A stretch of DNA of 64,000 nucleotides from an uncultured Candidatus Binatia bacterium (GTDB lineage Bacteria > Desulfobacterota > Binatia > UBA9968 > JAJDTQ01). The stretch lies in NCBI GenBank assembly GCA_965215605.1, contig OZ244070.1, forward strand, positions 1,376,001 through 1,440,000, read 5' to 3'. Of the stretch, positions 40,860-50,304 are shown one piece after another. The position numbers and the translations under genes are program-made. Position 1 is the first letter of the stretch. Each line of letters begins with the position of its first letter. The notes under the pieces were generated by a model. That model searched no databases and was not told the DNA's origin. It saw nothing but the letters and a program-made list of their open reading frames with translations.

Positions 40860-41683
40860 TCAATCTCGAGCGGGCTCAGGACCGCCGCGCCACGATGGCG
40901 CGCGAGTTCGCCGCCGCCGGCCTTCGGTACGAGGTCAAGACGGCGGTGGACGGCCGCGAGCTCTCGGAGGACCAGCTCGCCCAGGTGGACCGGGACGGCC
41001 GGCGGCGCCTCGGCCTCCGGCCCCATGACAACGGCTCCATCGCCTGCTGGCTGAGCCATCGCGAGGTAATGCAGGATCTCGTGGCCAACGGCCCGGAGAT
41101 GGCGGCCGTGTTCGAGGACGACGCCCGGCTGACGCCGAAGCTCCCGGAGGTCCTCGACGCCCTGGAGGGCAAACCGTTCTCCTTCGATGTCGTCTCGCTG
41201 TACCGGGGACACCCCCGGCGCGCCTTCATCCCGTGTGCCTCGCTGACGGAAGACTGCGCCGCGGGCCGCGTGCGGTATTCGGACACGGGCACCGTGGGGT
41301 ACGTCATCACGCGCCAGGCCGCCGAGCACTTCCTGCGGAACAACTCCAGGATGGTGCTGGCCGTGGATCACGCCCTGTTCCGTTTCTGGGCCAGCGGCCT
41401 CAACACGTTCTACGTCGACCCGCCCGCGGTCCATCACGGCGGCGCGGCCGACTCCGATATACACGGAGACCGCCGCGCCGCCAGCGCGACGCAACGGGAC
41501 AACGACAGCTTACCGCTCATCCTGTGGCGGCGGGCGGTGGCCGGGGGCCGGCGTTCGGTGAGGAAGCGGCTGGCGTTCCGGAGGCTTCTGCACGGGGACA
41601 TCGGGGTGACGCGGTGGGCGAAGGAGTGCGAAGGGACCCCCGCGAAGGGACCTTCCGAGCGACGGGCAACGATCTCCAGGTAA
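40844..41683 (+). CDS. GT25-family glycosyltransferase
   Basis: INLERAQDRR, AVDG, IACWLSH, VFEDDA, GTVGYVI. Confidence 0.9.
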   Translation: MRIVLINLERAQDRRATMAREFAAAGLRYEVKTAVDGRELSEDQLAQVDRDGRRRLGLRPHDNGSIACWLSHREVMQDLVANGPEMAAVFEDDARLTPKLPEVLDALEGKPFSFDVVSLYRGHPRRAFIPCASLTEDCAAGRVRYSDTGTVGYVITRQAAEHFLRNNSRMVLAVDHALFRFWASGLNTFYVDPPAVHHGGAADSDIHGDRRAASATQRDNDSLPLILWRRAVAGGRRSVRKRLAFRRLLHGDIGVTRWAKECEGTPAKGPSERRATISR

Positions 41684-41695
41684 CGGGCCGAAGAG

Positions 41696-42463
41696 ATGAA
41701 GAGCCGCCAAGAATCGCTCAAAGAGTCCGCCAGGGACTTCTATCTGAACGCCGAGAGGTTCGCGGAATACGAGGCGAAATTCCGCAAGGGCAAGAATTTG
41801 CTCGATCATTGTATCGAGGACGAGTTGTTACGCCACGTGTTTACCCACTACGTGCGGACCCCTCCCCAAGTGCTCGAAATCGGCGCCTATTCCGGCCGCA
41901 TCACGCGGAAACTGAGCTCCTACGCGCCGCACATCACCGTCTCCGACACGTCGGCCGACCTCCTCCGTCACTTCGACCGTCCGACCCTGGTCCTGGACTT
42001 GGCGGCGGACCCCCATGACGTGGAGGCGGTGCACGCTTACGACGTCATCGTCTCCATAGGCCACCAAATCAGCCTTTCGTGCGCCATCTCCAACGCGATC
42101 GCGATCTTCGACCGCCTGCTGACGCCCGACGGGATACTGATCTTCGACATCTGGAACGACGCGCTGCCGGGAAAGTACGATCCGCCCTACGCCCTGGAGA
42201 AGGCCGGTCGCCCGCACGTACAGGAACTCCTTCGCCTCCAGGGTTTCCGTCTGCTCGAGTACCGGTCGGGTTGCCGTATCCCTTACCGCTTCCCGAAGAC
42301 GTTCTCCCGGCTGTTCAGGCGGAGCAGCAACCGTTTCCTGTTCTCCTGTCTGACGATGTTGGAGAGCCGCCTTTTTCAGTTCCGGCTGTTCGACGGCCGC
42401 GAACAGAACCAGTACTTCATCGCCGCAAGGTCGGCCGAAGCGGGCTCCGGAGCCGCCGACTGA
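41696..42463 (+). CDS. class I SAM-dependent methyltransferase
   Basis: VLEIGAYSGR motif I, YDVIV, LLTPDGILIF. Confidence 0.8.
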   Translation: MKSRQESLKESARDFYLNAERFAEYEAKFRKGKNLLDHCIEDELLRHVFTHYVRTPPQVLEIGAYSGRITRKLSSYAPHITVSDTSADLLRHFDRPTLVLDLAADPHDVEAVHAYDVIVSIGHQISLSCAISNAIAIFDRLLTPDGILIFDIWNDALPGKYDPPYALEKAGRPHVQELLRLQGFRLLEYRSGCRIPYRFPKTFSRLFRRSSNRFLFSCLTMLESRLFQFRLFDGREQNQYFIAARSAEAGSGAAD

Positions 42464-42485
42464 CCACCCTGCCGCACCTGCCGCC

Positions 42486-43337
42486 ATGGGTAATTTCGTC
42501 CTCACAAACGACCCGGACCACGGGCTCCTGCCAAACTACCGCAAGGTGTTCCGCGAATTGAGCAGACACGAGATCTTCGTCACCACATCAGTCTTTTGTA
42601 CCCTGAAGGACGACGGCTCACCCCTGTCGAGACACTGCCGCGCGAACGAAACCGACTGCCTCGCCAATGATGCGTACCGGGACTTCATGCTGGAGCTCAA
42701 GGATTTCGGGCACGAGATTGCGTATCACGGGTACTCCCAGGTCAGCGACACGCGCGACGAGTTCCAGGAAGGAATCGAACAATTCCATCGAGCCTTGAAG
42801 GAGTACCCGAAGATATACGTTGAACACGGCGGCCATCCCGAAAATCAACCGCCGGGGATGTGCAAGAAAGAGAACCTCAAGGTGCAAGGATCCTCGCCGG
42901 ACAGCCCGCATTTCGTGAAGGATGTCGTGAGGGACGTGTTCGACCTGGTCTGGACTCATGACTACCTCCTCGACGGAGACGATCCTCCACTCCCCGCAAA
43001 GGACATCTTTCAGATGCAGGACGGAATCCGCTACTTCAGGAGATGGGCGCTGGCGGATGTCGAAGAACTGTTGACCGGGCTGTCCGGAAACCGGAATACA
43101 ATCGTGGGGTATACCCACTTCGGCTACCGCGGGTATGAACCGCGACCGTGGTATAGAAAACCCTTCCGAAAGGAATCCTGGCTTGGAAAGCCTCCTCCCC
43201 ATGGTCTGGAATGGTGGAGCAACAGGAGCCTGCGCAAGACGGCGAGTCTATTGGCAGAACTTCTGAATGGACATGATTTGAAAAGCCTTACCCTTTCCGG
43301 TTTGTGGAGGGCGACGACAGGGAGCACGAGGACGTGA
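42486..43337 (+). CDS. polysaccharide deacetylase-like (NodB-fold) protein
   Basis: TNDPDH and GHEIAYHGY metal-binding pattern, YTHFG. Confidence 0.55.
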   Translation: MGNFVLTNDPDHGLLPNYRKVFRELSRHEIFVTTSVFCTLKDDGSPLSRHCRANETDCLANDAYRDFMLELKDFGHEIAYHGYSQVSDTRDEFQEGIEQFHRALKEYPKIYVEHGGHPENQPPGMCKKENLKVQGSSPDSPHFVKDVVRDVFDLVWTHDYLLDGDDPPLPAKDIFQMQDGIRYFRRWALADVEELLTGLSGNRNTIVGYTHFGYRGYEPRPWYRKPFRKESWLGKPPPHGLEWWSNRSLRKTASLLAELLNGHDLKSLTLSGLWRATTGSTRT

Positions 43338-44320
43338 CGGTCAAACTCGACATCCTTCTGCTGCAACCGGACTTCAGCCGGTACAAGGGCGCGTACTACC
43401 AGCACCAGTTCACCCAGGCGTTGGCGCGGGTTCATCGGGTGTTCCGGTACGGCCCGAAGCTGGACGGATACGACCCGGCGCATACCATCGACGACGTCCT
43501 GAAGCTCTGTCCTTTCGAACCCCAGCTCATCTGCTTCGGCGCCGGCTGGGAGGTGGAGGACCCGACCATTCCGGAGGTCGATCCCCACCCGGCCATCAAT
43601 GTCGCCAAGGCCGGGGTGCCCAGCGTGCTGGTGCTCAACAAGGAGTACAAGAAGCTCGAAGAGAAGTTCCGCTTCGTGCAGGACAACCGGATCCGGCTGG
43701 TTTTCACGACCCACCACAACTACAATGCCTGGGAAGGCGAGGTGGGCGTCCCCTTCATCCACTTTCCCTTCGCGGTGGACCCGGAACTGTTCCAGGACTA
43801 CGGCGAGAGGAAGCGGTACTCCTTCGGCTTCTCGGGCTCCCTGCACACGCAGTGGACCGATGTCAGGGCCCGGGTCAAGGACCGCATGTTCTGGAAGTGG
43901 CCGATCAAGCGGCCGCGGTATTGGGGCATGAGGGTCTTCTGGTCCGAGGGGGGGCGGCTGCGTATCTTCCGGCTGCCGCTCAACGAAGACTACGCCCGCA
44001 CCATCGGACGGAGCAGGATCTGGCTGTCGACGCCCAGCGCCGTGGAACTGGTGGGGACCCGGTTCTACGAGATCATGGCCGTGAAGAGCCTGCTCATGTG
44101 CAGCCGGTCCCCGGCGTACCAGGGCCTGTTCGAGGAGGGCAAGCACTGCGTGATGTTCGACCCGGATCTCGGCGACTTCGACGACACGCTGTTCCACTAC
44201 CTGCGGCACGAGGACGAACGGGAGGCAATCGTGGACGCCGCATACGATCACGTCCTCCGGGAACACACCTGGGAGAGGCGGATCGAACAATTTACCGAGG
44301 CGGTCACGGCGATTCTCTGA
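43334..44320 (+). CDS. glycosyltransferase, CgeB/Glyco_trans_1_2-like
   Basis: GTGA overlap; PFAVDPELF, RFYEIMA, EHTWERRI C-terminal pattern. Confidence 0.75.
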   Translation: MTVKLDILLLQPDFSRYKGAYYQHQFTQALARVHRVFRYGPKLDGYDPAHTIDDVLKLCPFEPQLICFGAGWEVEDPTIPEVDPHPAINVAKAGVPSVLVLNKEYKKLEEKFRFVQDNRIRLVFTTHHNYNAWEGEVGVPFIHFPFAVDPELFQDYGERKRYSFGFSGSLHTQWTDVRARVKDRMFWKWPIKRPRYWGMRVFWSEGGRLRIFRLPLNEDYARTIGRSRIWLSTPSAVELVGTRFYEIMAVKSLLMCSRSPAYQGLFEEGKHCVMFDPDLGDFDDTLFHYLRHEDEREAIVDAAYDHVLREHTWERRIEQFTEAVTAIL

Positions 44321-44340
44321 CGCCGGGCGAGGCGGAGGCC

Positions 44341-45402
44341 ATGGAGACGGTATACGACCATTATGAAGACAAACGCGTGCTGGTGACCGGGGGAGCCGGC
44401 GCCATCGGGTCGAATCTGACCCGGAGGCTGGTGGAGCTGGGCGCGAGGGTGACCATCCTCGACGACCTGTCCTCGGCCGAACGCTGGAACGTCCCGTCCT
44501 CCCCCAACGTGTTGTTCGTGGAGGCGAGCATCCTGGACGAGGTGGTGCTCAAGCGGGTCTTCTTCGAGCGGCCGGACGTCGTCTATCACCTGGCGGCGTT
44601 CTTCGCGAACCAGAACTCGGTGGACCATCCGGAGCGGGACCTGGAGGTCAACGGCATGGGAACGCTCAGGCTGCTTCAGTACGCCTCGCTGGCCGGCGTC
44701 CAACGCTTCGTGTACGCGTCGTCGGGATGCTCCATCTACGGCGGCGACGCGCCCCTGCCGTTGCGCGAGGAGTTCGTCTCCCTTCATCTGAGCACGCCCT
44801 ACCAGGCCACCAAGATGCTGGGGGAACTGTACGGCAACTTCTTCTACCACCACTACGGACTGAAGGTGGTGAAACCCAGGTTCTTCAACTCCTACGGACC
44901 GGGCGAAGTGCCGGGACAGTACCGCAACGTGATACCGAACTTCATCTACTGGGCAATGAAGGGACTGCCGCTGCCCATCACCGGCAACGGGGACGAAACC
45001 CGGGACTTCACCTTCGTGGGCGACATCGTCGACGGGCTGCTGCGGGCGGGCGTCGCGGAGGAGGCCGTCGGGCAGGAGTTCAACCTGGCATCCGGCCGCG
45101 AGACCCGGATCGGCGATCTGGCCGAGATGGTCAACGCGGCCACCGGCAACAAAGCCGGGGTCCATTTCGTCTCACGGCGGAAATGGGACACCAAGAGCAG
45201 GCTACTGGCGTCGGTGGACCGGGCGCGGGAGCTGATCGGCTACGAGCCCGGCACCGGCTTCGAAGAGGGGCTTGCGCTGACGGTGGCGTGGTTCAAGGAC
45301 AACTGGCAGCTCATCGACGGCGGCGCCCGTTTCCAGCCGGGCGCGTCCGCCGCGGTCCGCGAGGTCGCCGGCCCCCACACCGCGGGGAAAGCCGGCGGCT
45401 AG
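44341..45402 (+). CDS. NAD-dependent nucleotide-sugar epimerase/dehydratase
   Basis: VTGGAGAIG, YASS, YQATK, RFFNSYGP, TRDFTFV.D; GGAGG RBS. Confidence 0.92.
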   Translation: METVYDHYEDKRVLVTGGAGAIGSNLTRRLVELGARVTILDDLSSAERWNVPSSPNVLFVEASILDEVVLKRVFFERPDVVYHLAAFFANQNSVDHPERDLEVNGMGTLRLLQYASLAGVQRFVYASSGCSIYGGDAPLPLREEFVSLHLSTPYQATKMLGELYGNFFYHHYGLKVVKPRFFNSYGPGEVPGQYRNVIPNFIYWAMKGLPLPITGNGDETRDFTFVGDIVDGLLRAGVAEEAVGQEFNLASGRETRIGDLAEMVNAATGNKAGVHFVSRRKWDTKSRLLASVDRARELIGYEPGTGFEEGLALTVAWFKDNWQLIDGGARFQPGASAAVREVAGPHTAGKAGG

Positions 45403-45418
45403 ACCACAACCCCCTGCC

Positions 45419-46603
45419 ATGACCTCATCGCGCAAGCCCACCAGGGTCCTCGCCGTCTTCGGCACCCGTCCCGAGGCGATCAAGATGAGCCCGATCCTCC
45501 ACGTGCTCCATGCCAGGGCCGCAAGCGGGGACCCGGTTCGTCATGCGGTGTGCGTCACGGCCCAACACCGCGAAATGCTGGACCAGGTGCTGGAACTGTT
45601 CGGCATCCGGCCCGACCACGACCTGGACCTGATGACCGAGGACCAGACGCCCACGGCGGTCGCGGCCGCGGCCCTGGGCAGGATCGAGCCGGTGCTCGCG
45701 GCCGAGGAGCCCGACTGGGTCCTGGTGCAGGGAGACACCAACACCACGGCGGCCGCTGCGCTGGCCGCGCACTACTCGCGGGTGCGGGTGGCCCACGTGG
45801 AGGCCGGGCTCCGGACCCACGACCGCTGGCAACCGTTTCCGGAGGAGACCAACCGGAGGATCGTCAGCGCCGTCGCCGACCTGCACTTCGCTCCCACGGA
45901 GGCGGCCCGGCGCAACCTCCTGAACGAGGGCGTCCCGGAGGAATCCATCATCGTCACCGGCAACACGGCCATCGACGCCCTCGACCACGTCCTGTCCACG
46001 CCGCCGCCCCCGGGCGTCCGCGACATCCTGGCGCGGGCGGCCGGCTCCGGCCGGCCGGACCGGGACAAGCTGATCCTGGTCACCGCTCACAGGCGCGAGA
46101 ACCTGGGGGAACCGCTGGTCCGTATCTGCACGGCCATCCGGGAGTTGGCATCCCTGTATCCCGGACTCCAGGTGGTCTTTCCCGTGCACATGAACCCCGC
46201 TGTCCGGGAAACCGTCAACCGGATACTCGCGGGCATCAAAAACGTCCAACTGACGGCGCCGCTGGACTACGCCTCCATGGTGCACCTGATAGACGCCGCC
46301 TACCTCGTCCTGACCGATTCCGGCGGAATCCAGGAGGAGGCGCCCAGCCTGGGCGCGCCGGTGCTGGTCATGCGCGAGGTCACGGAGCGTTCGGAGGGCG
46401 TCGACGCCGGCGTCGCGAGGCTCGTCGGGACGGACACCCGGCGGATCGTGGACGCCGCAAGAAGCCTGCTGGAGGACCGGCGCGAGTACGAGGGGATGAC
46501 CACCGCGGTCAACCCGTACGGCGACGGCCGCTCCAGCCCCCGCATCGTCCGCGCCCTGCTCGGCGAGCCCGCCGGGGAATTCACCGGCGCGCCCCTGCGC
46601 TGA
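45419..46603 (+). CDS. wecB: UDP-N-acetylglucosamine 2-epimerase (non-hydrolysing)
   Basis: FGTRPEAIKM, QGDT, HVEAGLRT, HRREN, TDSGGIQEEAP, NPYGDG. Confidence 0.96.
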   Translation: MTSSRKPTRVLAVFGTRPEAIKMSPILHVLHARAASGDPVRHAVCVTAQHREMLDQVLELFGIRPDHDLDLMTEDQTPTAVAAAALGRIEPVLAAEEPDWVLVQGDTNTTAAAALAAHYSRVRVAHVEAGLRTHDRWQPFPEETNRRIVSAVADLHFAPTEAARRNLLNEGVPEESIIVTGNTAIDALDHVLSTPPPPGVRDILARAAGSGRPDRDKLILVTAHRRENLGEPLVRICTAIRELASLYPGLQVVFPVHMNPAVRETVNRILAGIKNVQLTAPLDYASMVHLIDAAYLVLTDSGGIQEEAPSLGAPVLVMREVTERSEGVDAGVARLVGTDTRRIVDAARSLLEDRREYEGMTTAVNPYGDGRSSPRIVRALLGEPAGEFTGAPLR

Positions 46604-46604
46604 C

Positions 46605-47738
46605 ATGCATTTCCTGTACACGGCCCCCAGGTTCCACACCAACCAACACTTCGCGGTGAAGGCCCTCCTCGACGCGGGGCACGAGGTCTCCTTCCTCGCC
46701 CTCGCGCGCGGGCAGAGCGAGGAATACCAGGCGTTGGACCCGACGGTGCTGGGGTTCTCGCCGGCCCAGGAAAGAATTGCGCGAGCCCTCGGAGGGAAGC
46801 GGCACGACACTCGATGGCCGTCGACGCGGCTACCGCCGCCTCGCGCCCTGTGGGAGGAACTGCGGCGACGGCGGCCCTCGGTGGTGATCGTCCGCGATCC
46901 CCTTTCCGCCTACGGACGGCTGGCGGCCTTCATGGCCGCGGTGCTGGGTCACCGTTTGATCCTGTATACCCAGGTTCCCCTGCATCACCCCCTGGGCCGC
47001 AGGGTGAAGCGATGGCGGAAGTTCGCGACTTCCGCGATGCTCCGGATGAAGGGAGCTCATTGGATCACCCCCGTGCTCGGTGCGGCGGACAGACACCCGG
47101 CTCCCCGCAACTGGCACTACCTGCCGTTCGTGATGGAGCCCCAGACCGCGCCCGACAAGAGGTCGTGGTTTCCCGACGACACCGTCCGCATCCTGACCGT
47201 GGGGAAATATGAGCCCCGGAAGAACCACGACCTGCTGCTTCAGATGGTGGCGAAACTGTCCCGACGGCATCCGGTACGCTGCACGGTGCTCGGCGAATGC
47301 AGCAACTCCGACCAGGAACAGCAGTTGGCCCGCCTTCGGGACCATGCCGCCGAGTTGGGGCTTGGCGAGCATGTTTCGTTCAAGGTCAACCTGCCCTTCT
47401 TCGAAGCGCAGGACGAGTACCGGCGACACGACGTGTTCGTGCTGGCCAGCCGCAGGGAAGCCGCGGCGGTGTCGCCGCTGGAGGCCATGGCGCACTCGCT
47501 TCCGGTGGTGTGCAGCGATTCCAACGGCACCGAATGCTACATCCGGCCCGGCGAGAACGGGTTGGTGTTCCGGACGGACGACGAAGCGGACCTGGAAGCT
47601 TGCCTGGAAAGGATTGTCGGGGACCGCGAGGGGTTGGTCCGGATGGGAGCGCGCGGTTACGAAATCGTGGTGGACGAACATGCCCCCGGGCGGTACGTCG
47701 AGGCGCTGCTGTCCATCGTCGAGGGGCGCCGCGGGTAG
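46605..47738 (+). CDS. GT4-family glycosyltransferase
   Basis: VGKYEPRKN, DVFVLAS..EAAAVSPLEAMA, ENGLVF. Confidence 0.88.
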   Translation: MHFLYTAPRFHTNQHFAVKALLDAGHEVSFLALARGQSEEYQALDPTVLGFSPAQERIARALGGKRHDTRWPSTRLPPPRALWEELRRRRPSVVIVRDPLSAYGRLAAFMAAVLGHRLILYTQVPLHHPLGRRVKRWRKFATSAMLRMKGAHWITPVLGAADRHPAPRNWHYLPFVMEPQTAPDKRSWFPDDTVRILTVGKYEPRKNHDLLLQMVAKLSRRHPVRCTVLGECSNSDQEQQLARLRDHAAELGLGEHVSFKVNLPFFEAQDEYRRHDVFVLASRREAAAVSPLEAMAHSLPVVCSDSNGTECYIRPGENGLVFRTDDEADLEACLERIVGDREGLVRMGARGYEIVVDEHAPGRYVEALLSIVEGRRG

Positions 47739-47938
47739 GGTCGTCGCCCTAGCTCGCCGTCATTTGAGGCGGACCCCGACTACCGGTTCGAGGGTCTCGG
47801 CAACCTTGTTCGCAAAGCCCGCACCGACTTCGGTGCCATCGTCAAGTTTGTGGATGTCGAGAAGCCTCCGGGTCTGGCGCACCTTGCCTTAGGGTCCTTG
47901 AAGATGCTTCGCGGCGTACAGGGGACTGGAATACTCTC

Positions 47939-47967
47939 TTGTCCTCCGCCGGTGGAATAGCTATGAT
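47939..47967 (+). promoter_or_regulatory. sigma70 promoter with predicted +1 on the start codon (leaderless)
   Basis: TTGTCC-N17-TATGAT-N6-ATG(47974). Confidence 0.6.
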
Positions 47968-47973
47968 TGGATG

Positions 47974-48390
47974 ATGACCGAGGCCATCGCCTTCGACACT
48001 CATCGCTTCGTCAAACGCCTGACCGAGAGCGGCTTCACCGAGAAGCAGGCCGAGACGCTAGCCGAAGAGCACGTCGCCCTCCTCAATACCAACCTCGCCA
48101 CCAAGGCCGATGTCGAAGCGTTGCGGCAGGAAACCAAGGCTGGCATCGATGCCCTGCGGCAGGAAACCAGGGCTGGCATTGATGCCCTGCGGCAGGAAAC
48201 CAAGGCTGCCATTGATGCCCTGCGGCAGGAAACCAGGGCCGACATCGCCAGGGTTGAGGCCGGTATCGAAGCGCTGCGGCAGGAAACCAAGGCTGCCATT
48301 GAGGCGGTGAAAGCCGACCTTGTGAAATGGCTGTTCGGCGGGATGATCGCCCAGGGCGGCCTAATCGTCGCGCTCGTCAAACTTCTTTAG
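47974..48390 (+). CDS. DUF1640/CCDC90-like coiled-coil membrane protein, copy A (138 aa)
   Basis: FDTHRFVKRL.ESGFTEKQAE head, LATKAD neck, ALRQETKA repeats, C-terminal TM LVKW...ALVKLL. Confidence 0.9.
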   Translation: MTEAIAFDTHRFVKRLTESGFTEKQAETLAEEHVALLNTNLATKADVEALRQETKAGIDALRQETRAGIDALRQETKAAIDALRQETRADIARVEAGIEALRQETKAAIEAVKADLVKWLFGGMIAQGGLIVALVKLL

Positions 48391-48494
48391 CCGCGCGCTT
48401 CTCCCAAAGGCATCGAGACGTTTGCGATCACGATTTTCTCCGATGAGTCAGTGGGTTGCAGACCTCCAACTGGCCCGTTCGCCGCGCCAGGGCC

Positions 48495-48619
48495 GTGTCG
48501 CCCCCCGGAGGCCATGGCGCACTCGCGTCCGAATGAGCGCGCACGGTTACGAGATCGTGGTCGACGAACACGCCCTCGGGAAGTACGTCGACGCGTTGCT
48601 GTCGATCATCGATGCCTAG
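48495..48619 (+). pseudogene. internally deleted 3' remnant of a paralog of the 46605-47738 glycosyltransferase
   Basis: Matches 47469-47504 (EAMAHS) joined to 47637-47720 (GYEIVVDEHA.G.YV.ALLSI). Confidence 0.75.
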
Positions 48620-48641
48620 CGTCCCATGGAGTTGCTCTGAC

Positions 48642-48905
48642 ATGAGATTCTTGGTCGGTTTCGTTTCGTTCGTGTCCTCCATCGCCGCCGCCGGGCCGGC
48701 GCACGCCTATCTCGATCCAGGTTCCGTGAGCTTGTGGATCCAGGGGATCGTGGCCGCCTTGGCCGGGGTCGCCCTCACCTGGAAGCACTGGTACTGGCGA
48801 CTGCGGAGCTTTTTCGGCCGGAACGGGCAGCGAAAGTCGAAGGCCGACAACTCGGGCAGCAACCCGCGCGCCCCTGAAAATGAGGGAACCCTCTCTGGTG
48901 GATAG
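48642..48905 (+). CDS. small membrane protein with AYLDPG motif
   Basis: Signal-like N-terminus ending AHA, YLDPGS, hydrophobic helix, basic tail; overlaps the next gene. Confidence 0.75.
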   Translation: MRFLVGFVSFVSSIAAAGPAHAYLDPGSVSLWIQGIVAALAGVALTWKHWYWRLRSFFGRNGQRKSKADNSGSNPRAPENEGTLSGG

Positions 48906-50304
48906 AGCGGGCGGCTCGTTCCGCGATCCGGAAGGGCACGTCTTCATCGCCTCGGACCGGGTCTTCAGGGGCATCGCGCACCAGGCCGCGGATCGTCTCC
49001 GCGCTTTTCTCCGGTCCGACTTCTTCAGGGAGCGCACCGGCACGCGCATCGTCGAAACACGAGAGGTCGCCCCGGAGGTGGCGATGGCGGCGGGCGTTCC
49101 CGAATCCGAGGTCCGTGCCTGGGCCATGTGGGTAGAGCACGAAACGCTCCCCCTGATCACCTATCCCTACGAGTGGTCCTTCGAGTCTTTGAAGCAGGCG
49201 GCATGTCTCACCCTGGACCTGCTCGTGGACGCTCTCAGGAACGGCTACACGCTGAAGGACGCCTCGGCCTTCAACGTGCAGTTCATCGGTTCCCGCCCGA
49301 TATTCATCGATGTGCTCTCGTTTACCGAGTACGAGGAGGGGGCTCCCTTTCTCGGCTACAAGCAGTTCTGCGAGCAGTTCTTCGCGCCGTTGTGCCTGAC
49401 CGCGTTCGCCGGCATCGAGTTCAACCCGTGGTTCCGGGGACGGCTTGACGGCCTCGACCTCATCGAGGTGTCGCGGGCACTCCCGTTCGCCACCCGCTGC
49501 CGGCCGCAGGTGTTGATGCACGTTCATTCCCAGGCGTGGGCGATGCGGAAACTGGGGTCCTCGTCGGCGGAAGCGGGCGCGATCAGGAACCGGCGCCGGA
49601 TTCCGCGCCGGAACCTGATCGCGCTCACCGACAACCTCCGGCGGTACACCGGAGGGCTGGCGCGCGGCGGGCGCACCTACTGGCAGAAATACGCGGCCCA
49701 CAACTCCTATGACGACCGGTCCCGGACGAGCAAGACGCGTACGGCGCGAGACTTCGTGACGAAAACCAAACCGGCGCTACTCCTGGACCTGGGCTGCAAC
49801 ACCGGCGAGTACTCGAAGGTTGCCATCGACGCCGGCGCCCGCGCGGTGGTCGGCGTCGACAGCGATGGCGGGGCGCTGGAGGTGGCCGCCACCGAGGCCC
49901 GGCGCGACGGTTGGCCGGCACAGTTCCTCTTCTGGGACATCGCAAATCCATCGCCCGACCTGGGGTGGCTGCGGGAAGAGAGGCCAGCCCTGGAGAAACG
50001 GCTGAGCGGGGTGGACGCCGTGTTCTGCTTCGCGCTCATCCACCATCTCGTCATCGGCCGGAACATTCCCATGGAAGAGTTCGTTCGATGGGTCTGCGGC
50101 CTGGCGTCAAGGGGGCTGATTGAATTCGTCCCGAAACCGGATCCGATGGCCCAGGGTCTCCTGCGCGACCGCGATGACGTCTTCGAGGGGTATGATAGGG
50201 AGAACTTCGAACGGGCCCTTGAAGAACACGCTGAGATCGTGACGGTCCATGACCTGGATCCGACCACGAGGACCGTCTTCGAATTCCGGAGACTCGAGCC
50301 ATGA
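48880..50304 (+). CDS. NoeA-like protein: kinase-like N-domain + SAM methyltransferase
   Basis: SFRDPEG.VF, TYPYEWSF, LKDASAFNVQF, IFIDVLS; C-terminal LDLGCNTGEYS, ALIHHL, IEFVPK.D. Confidence 0.8.
   Translation: MREPSLVDRAGGSFRDPEGHVFIASDRVFRGIAHQAADRLRAFLRSDFFRERTGTRIVETREVAPEVAMAAGVPESEVRAWAMWVEHETLPLITYPYEWSFESLKQAACLTLDLLVDALRNGYTLKDASAFNVQFIGSRPIFIDVLSFTEYEEGAPFLGYKQFCEQFFAPLCLTAFAGIEFNPWFRGRLDGLDLIEVSRALPFATRCRPQVLMHVHSQAWAMRKLGSSSAEAGAIRNRRRIPRRNLIALTDNLRRYTGGLARGGRTYWQKYAAHNSYDDRSRTSKTRTARDFVTKTKPALLLDLGCNTGEYSKVAIDAGARAVVGVDSDGGALEVAATEARRDGWPAQFLFWDIANPSPDLGWLREERPALEKRLSGVDAVFCFALIHHLVIGRNIPMEEFVRWVCGLASRGLIEFVPKPDPMAQGLLRDRDDVFEGYDRENFERALEEHAEIVTVHDLDPTTRTVFEFRRLEP

Noticed and set aside
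47974-50304. DUF1640 coiled coil as a WbdD-style chain-length ruler for the adjacent kinase/methyltransferase
   Set aside because: Related coiled-coil genes occur outside the glycan locus and have their own promoters; adjacency alone is insufficient
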